NCBI GenBank assembly: GCA_019352115.1
Contig: JABBNW010000002.1
Location: 1,040 to 65,039, forward strand
Length of the DNA stretch: 64,000 nucleotides
From: Pseudomonadota bacterium
GTDB taxonomy: Bacteria > Pseudomonadota > Alphaproteobacteria > Acetobacterales > Acetobacteraceae
Direction of reading: 5' to 3'
Every line of letters begins with the position of its first letter. Position 1 is the first letter of the stretch. The notes under the pieces are model-generated. The model made no database searches, was not told the DNA's origin, and was given only the letters and a program-made list of their open reading frames with translations. A program made the translations under genes and the position numbers. Shown here in pieces: positions 59,625 through 64,000 of the stretch.

Positions 59625-60416
59625 CTAAGGCTCTCCCGCCGTTGCCGGCATCAGGGTGCGGTGGAAGAACGCGCGTACCATCGGGTGCGTGCTGTTCGCG
59701 GCCAGATCGTGCGGATCGCCGATCGCGATCACTCCGCCGGCGTCGGGATAGGCGTTGCGATCGAGCATCAGGCACCGATCGGCGATCGCCATGATCGAGG
59801 CCAGTTCGTGCGTCACCACGACGAAGGTGGCGCCGAGGTCGTCGCGCAGATCGAGGATCAGCCGATCGAGCTCGGCCGAGGTGATCGGATCGAGGCCGGC
59901 GGAGGGTTCGTCGAGGAACAAAAGCGGCGGGTCGAGCGCCATGGCGCGCGCGATCGCCGCGCGCTTGGCCATGCCGCCCGAAATCTCGGCCGGATAGAGC
60001 GCGGCGGCGTCGGCCAGACCCACCTGGCCGAGCTTCACCCGCGCCACCGCATCGCGCGCCTCCGGCGGCAGGTCCGTGAAGATTTCCAGCGGCAGGGAGA
60101 CGTTGCCGAGCAGCGACAGTGAGCCGAAGAGCGCGCCCGACTGGAACATGACCCCGATCAGTCGCCGCGCCACGGCCCGCCCCGCCTCGCCCGCGCGGCC
60201 GGTGATCGTGTGGCCGGCGATTTCGATGCTGCCCGCGGTAGGGGGGAGCAGGCCGACCGCCTGGCGCAGCACGGTCGATTTGCCGCAGCCGGAGCCGCCC
60301 AGGATGACGAACACCTCCCCCGGAGCGACGCTGAAGGAGACGTCGCGGTAGATGGTGCGGGCGCCGAAGCGCTGCGCCAGCCCGGTTGCCTGCAGCAGCG
60401 GGGTGGGTTCGCTCAC
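59625..60416 (-). CDS. ABC transporter ATP-binding protein, MlaF-like
   Basis: GTG 60416 overlaps the upstream permease stop (GTGA). Motifs are Walker A GGSGCGKST, signature ISGGMAKRAAIARAM and Walker B LLFLDEPSAGLD. Confidence 0.85.
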   Translation of the reverse strand: MSEPTPLLQATGLAQRFGARTIYRDVSFSVAPGEVFVILGGSGCGKSTVLRQAVGLLPPTAGSIEIAGHTITGRAGEAGRAVARRLIGVMFQSGALFGSLSLLGNVSLPLEIFTDLPPEARDAVARVKLGQVGLADAAALYPAEISGGMAKRAAIARAMALDPPLLFLDEPSAGLDPITSAELDRLILDLRDDLGATFVVVTHELASIMAIADRCLMLDRNAYPDAGGVIAIGDPHDLAANSTHPMVRAFFHRTLMPATAGEP

Positions 60417-61582
60417 AGGCCCAGCCGGTAGAACAGGATCGCGAACAGCCCATCGATCAGGATGGTGGCGACGATCCCACCGACCACGGCGGCGGTGGCG
60501 GAGAAGCCGACCGCGCGCGGCCCGATCCCGGTGCCGAGGCCGGAGCGACACCCGATCGCCGCCACCGCGGCGCCGAACACCGCCGCTTTCAGCAATCCAC
60601 CCGTGAGGTCGCCGACGGTGGCTGCGGATTGCACCTGCGCCTGGATCGCCGGCAGGGAATAGCCGAACCCGGTCATCACCGTGGTCATGCCGAGCAGGCC
60701 GGCGAAATCCAGCAGCAGGGTCAATACCGGCATCACCAGCAGGGCCGCGAGCATGCGCGGCAGCACGAGCAGGGTCATGGGGTCGATCCCCATCACCACC
60801 AGCGCGTCGATCTCCTGGTTCACTTTCATCGTGCCGATCTCGGCGGCGAAGGCCGATCCGGTGCGCCCGGCGAGCACCACCGCGGCGAGCAGCGGGCCAA
60901 GCTCGCGCAGCAGGCTGATGGACACGAGGTTGGCGACGAACAGATCGGCGCCGAACTGGCGCATCGGGATGGAGGACTGGAAGGCGAGGATCAGCCCGAT
61001 CAGGTAGCCAAGCAGCAGCACCAGCGGCAGGGCGCGGAAGCCGGCCTGGTCGGCTTCGCGCAGCACGTCGCCGAGGCGGAACATCCGCCACCGGCTCGGC
61101 AGGTGGATGACGGCGATCACCGCCTCCCCCACGAAGGCGACGCCGCCGCTGACGGCGCCGAAGCCGGCGGCCAGCATCTGGCGCGCGGTAATGCGCGGCG
61201 GCCGGGGCGCGGGCTTCGCTTCGGTGCCTGCGGCGCGGGCGCGGGCGAGCAGGGTCGTGGTTTTTGGGTCGGCCCCGGTGACGGTGGCCGGGCTGCCGTG
61301 TGCGGCCTCGGCGGCGGCGAGCAGGGTGGCGCCGAGCATGTCGATCCCGCTCACCGCTTGCAGGTCGAACCCCAGTGGGCCGGACGCGGCGGCATGGGCG
61401 GCACGCAGCGTCGGGCGCCAGAGCTGGGCCGCGCCGGCGGCGTCCAGTTGGCCTGAGAAAGCGAGGACTGTTCCGTCCCCGCCGGACTGCGTCGTCAGCC
61501 CGGCCGGGGACGATGTGCCCGGGGGCGACGTGGCCGAGGACGATGTGGCCGGGGACGGGGATTCAGTGTGCAAACCAGGCAT
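60413..61582 (-). CDS. MlaE-family ABC permease with N-terminal STAS domain fusion
   Basis: 389 aa. Residues ~35-115 look STAS-like: VLAFSGQLDAAGAAQLWRPTL...LGFDLQAVSGIDMLGATLLAA. The rest is MlaE: LRELGPLLAAVVLAGRTGSAFAAEIGTMKVNQEIDAL.VMG.DP. Confidence 0.8.
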   Translation of the reverse strand: MPGLHTESPSPATSSSATSPPGTSSPAGLTTQSGGDGTVLAFSGQLDAAGAAQLWRPTLRAAHAAASGPLGFDLQAVSGIDMLGATLLAAAEAAHGSPATVTGADPKTTTLLARARAAGTEAKPAPRPPRITARQMLAAGFGAVSGGVAFVGEAVIAVIHLPSRWRMFRLGDVLREADQAGFRALPLVLLLGYLIGLILAFQSSIPMRQFGADLFVANLVSISLLRELGPLLAAVVLAGRTGSAFAAEIGTMKVNQEIDALVVMGIDPMTLLVLPRMLAALLVMPVLTLLLDFAGLLGMTTVMTGFGYSLPAIQAQVQSAATVGDLTGGLLKAAVFGAAVAAIGCRSGLGTGIGPRAVGFSATAAVVGGIVATILIDGLFAILFYRLGL

Positions 61583-62645
61583 CGAACCGTTGCCGCAGCT
61601 TCACGAGATTGGCGCTCCAGAACGCGTCGTCGATCCTGAGCGCCCCTTTGAGATTGGCGGCCAAGGTGGGGGAGTCTGCGGCGACCGCCGGTGGCAGATC
61701 GTCGTTGGCGCCGACCGCGAGCCCGCCCTCGGCGAACTGCGCGGCGAGTTGGCTCTCGATCGCGGGGGTCCCGGCGAAATAGAGGAACTGCATCGCCGCC
61801 GCCTGGTTCGGGCTGGTTTTCGCCACCGCCCAACTGAGGACGTCGAACAGACTGCCGGACCAGCCGATGCCAAAATTGCGGTGCGTGGCGCGCGCGGCGA
61901 GGGCGATCGCCGAGGTCGGTGCGCTGGTCATCAGCACCCCGCCTGAGGCGAGGATTTTCGCCGCCTCGGCCGGGGTCTTCCACCACACGATATAGGGGCG
62001 GAGCTGGTCGAGCTTGCGGAACGCGCGGTCCACCCCGGCCGGGGTCGAGAGCACTTTATACACGTCGCCCGGCGCTACGCCGTCTGCCATCAGCGCGATT
62101 TCCAGGTTGCCGCGCACACCCTGGCGCAGGCCGCGCTTGCCGGGGTATTTCGCCTCGTCCCAGAAATCCGACCAGCTCGGCGTGCCGGGGAATTTGTCGC
62201 GGTCCCAGGCGAGCGCCGTGCTCGCGACGGTCGCGCCGATGCCGCAGGGGGAGATGGCCATCGGGAGGTAGTGCGCCGAGCCGCCGATCTGGTTCGGATC
62301 AAGCTTCGCGAACAATCCCTTGTCGCAGCCCTCGCGCAGCTCCACGCCGTCCACTTCCACCAGGTCCCAGGCGGGATCCTTCCCGGCCAGCCCGGTGGTG
62401 AGCGCCGGCATCCCGCCCGGCCAACTTTGCGCCAGCACCGGAATGGCAGTGGCGGTCTGGAAGGGGGCGACGAAGGTTTTCTGCACGGCGGCCAGTCGGG
62501 CCGGCGAGCGGACCGCGAGGGTGAGTTCGCGGGCCGCCGCCGGACCGGCGGTCGCCGCCAGCAGGGCCAGCACGAGTAACGCGCGAACCGGTGCGCGCCG
62601 GGGCAGGCACGGCGCGGGGCGTGGGTCGGTGGGGAAAACGATCAT
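61563..62645 (-). CDS. Periplasmic solute-binding protein, family 1 (PotD/PotF-like)
   Basis: Track ORF 61563..62945, with the start moved to ATG 62645 (MIVFPTDP...RALLVLALLAATAGPAAA, a signal peptide). Sequence includes WDLVEVDGVELREGCDKGLFAKLD...SWSDFWDEAKYPGKRGLRQG...RPYIVWWKT...RQRFDAWFAH. Its 3' end overlaps the STAS-MlaE start by 20 nt. Confidence 0.8.
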   Translation of the reverse strand: MIVFPTDPRPAPCLPRRAPVRALLVLALLAATAGPAAARELTLAVRSPARLAAVQKTFVAPFQTATAIPVLAQSWPGGMPALTTGLAGKDPAWDLVEVDGVELREGCDKGLFAKLDPNQIGGSAHYLPMAISPCGIGATVASTALAWDRDKFPGTPSWSDFWDEAKYPGKRGLRQGVRGNLEIALMADGVAPGDVYKVLSTPAGVDRAFRKLDQLRPYIVWWKTPAEAAKILASGGVLMTSAPTSAIALAARATHRNFGIGWSGSLFDVLSWAVAKTSPNQAAAMQFLYFAGTPAIESQLAAQFAEGGLAVGANDDLPPAVAADSPTLAANLKGALRIDDAFWSANLVKLRQRFDAWFAH

Positions 62646-62875
62646 CGCCGCGGACGCTACAAGCCGGCGCGTCCGGCGGCAACGCGGTCGAACGATCATC
62701 GGTTGTTTACGACCTGGCGCGCACGCTGCGGCCTTGGCAGCAGCGGGAGATCGAGGCGACGGCTGACAGGACAACTCTTGGCGGCGGGCGTTGTCCGTCT
62801 GCGCGCCAGGCGGGCAGATGGCGATTGGTTTGCCGTGTCCTTCTTGCGGCGGGGCGGACACCGGCGGCGCCGCGC

Positions 62876-63730
62876 GTGCTCCTGGTGGCGGTCTTCGTCT
62901 CGGGTGGGGCGTGGGGCGCGGCGGCGGCGCGCCTGAAAGTGGCAACCTGGAACCTGGACTGGCTGACCGACCGGCCGGCCGGCAGCCCGTCCCTGCCGTC
63001 CGACGTGCGGCCCAAGCGTCCCGCCGACATCGCCCGCTTGCGCGGCTATGCAGCGGCGATGAACGCCGATGTCATCGCGATCCAGGAAGTGGACGGGGCG
63101 GCCATGGCGGCCCGGGTCTTCCCGCCCGATCGCTACGTGATCCACATGACCCACGACAAGCAGGTGGAGCGGGTCGGGCTGGTCGTCCGGCGCGGCATTC
63201 CGTTCACCGTCCATCCCGACGACACGGCGCTGGCGGCGGCTCAGCCCGGGCTGCGCAGCGGGGCCGACATCACCCTGCATCTGCCGGGCGGCGATCTCCG
63301 GGTGCTGGCGGTGCATCTCAAGGCGGGTTGCGACTGGTCCGCGTTGGGCGGCGATCGGCCGGCGTGCGTGGAGCTTGCACGCCAGGTGCCCGCGCTGGTT
63401 GCCTGGATCCGCGCGCGGGCGGCGGCGGGCGAGGCCTTCCTGCTGCTCGGGGATTTCAACCGCTGGATGGACGTGCGCGACGGGCATCCCGATCCGCTGT
63501 GGACCCGGTTGGACGCGGCGGCGCCACTGCTGCGGGCCACCGCGGGCTACGCCAGCCCGTGCCTGGGGGGCGAGCGCTTCATCGACCACATCATTGCCGG
63601 CGGTGTGGCGCGCGCCTGGCTGGAACCGCGCACCCTGCGGGTGCTCGTGTATCGGGAACGCGGGCGGGCGTGGGAGCAGCGGCTGTCCGACCATTGCCCG
63701 GTTTCGGTGCGGTTGCGGCTGCCGGGATGA
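62876..63730 (+). CDS. Endonuclease/exonuclease/phosphatase (EEP) family protein, probably secreted
   Basis: In the frame of track ORF 62591..63730. GTG 62876 gives the signal-like N-terminus MLLVAVFVSGGAWGAAAA; TTG 62823 is an alternative start. Sequence includes VATWNLDW, DVIAIQEV, LLLGDFNR and SDHCPV, the EEP catalytic blocks. Confidence 0.75.
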   Translation: MLLVAVFVSGGAWGAAAARLKVATWNLDWLTDRPAGSPSLPSDVRPKRPADIARLRGYAAAMNADVIAIQEVDGAAMAARVFPPDRYVIHMTHDKQVERVGLVVRRGIPFTVHPDDTALAAAQPGLRSGADITLHLPGGDLRVLAVHLKAGCDWSALGGDRPACVELARQVPALVAWIRARAAAGEAFLLLGDFNRWMDVRDGHPDPLWTRLDAAAPLLRATAGYASPCLGGERFIDHIIAGGVARAWLEPRTLRVLVYRERGRAWEQRLSDHCPVSVRLRLPG

Positions 63731-63956
63731 AGATCCGCGCCGGCGCCGTCGGGGCGGCGTGCCGTGCCCGCCCACGTCGCGGATCGGGCGGCATCGGCCC
63801 GGCACGACGGCTTGAGCGCCGCGTGCAAGGCGCCGATCATTGGCAAGTGGACGCTGACGCGGCGGCCCCGCCATCCTGCCGCCCGCGCCCACCGCCCTGC
63901 TCGCGCATCCGCGCCGGCAGGGCGCGTTCCCGATCCGCCCGCCACGGAGCCGCGCC

Positions 63957-64000
63957 ATGAAGATCACCAAGGTCGAACCGCTGCTGATCGACCGCTTCCT
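63957..64000 (+). CDS. 5' end of a probable enolase-superfamily (mandelate racemase/muconate-lactonizing-like) gene; truncated by the window edge
   Basis: ATG 63957 lies 7 nt after GGAG. The visible sequence is MKITKVEPLLIDRF..., a very common N-terminus for this family. Only 14 codons are in the window. Confidence 0.3.
   Translation, partial: MKITKVEPLLIDRF

Overview
This is about 64 kb of a very GC-rich chromosome (roughly 70% G+C by eye). Gene content and synteny include the atpHAGDC F1 operon, an fdxA-carD pair, a LivJHMGF-type amino-acid ABC system, NodT/EmrA efflux parts and an MCE/Mla-type transporter. Together these suggest an alphaproteobacterium, possibly Rhodospirillales/Acetobacteraceae-like; that is inference only. 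I call about 55 protein genes, mostly core metabolism and transport, plus five decayed genes, one IS630 relic and several hairpin or palindromic elements. I saw no rRNA, tRNA or CRISPR array. Many long ORFs in the supplied track are alternate-frame or antisense artefacts of the high GC and are not reported. I did not find a complete, recognisable novel defence or secretion system. The most unusual items are listed here. (1) A compositional island at 46.3-49.2 kb holds an IS630 relic, a frameshifted antitoxin-like HTH gene, an intact but low-GC pyrD, and an AT-rich Ser/Thr-rich reading frame broken by one amber codon. (2) A marR-emrA operon whose emrB pump gene seems reduced to its last ~60 codons. 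(3) A non-canonical MCE operon with a PotD-like binding protein, a STAS-MlaE fusion, MlaF and a long MlaD, and no MlaC or MlaB. (4) A CarD/CdnL gene with a ~220-codon Ala/Pro/Lys-rich N-terminal extension, plus similar Lys/Ala/Pro tails on two unrelated proteins. (5) A DHOD/DPD-fold protein lacking the catalytic Cys/Ser. (6) A ~95-nt nested inverted-repeat element in a 430-bp intergenic gap. All functional calls come from reading the translated sequences and remembered family motifs; no database search was possible.
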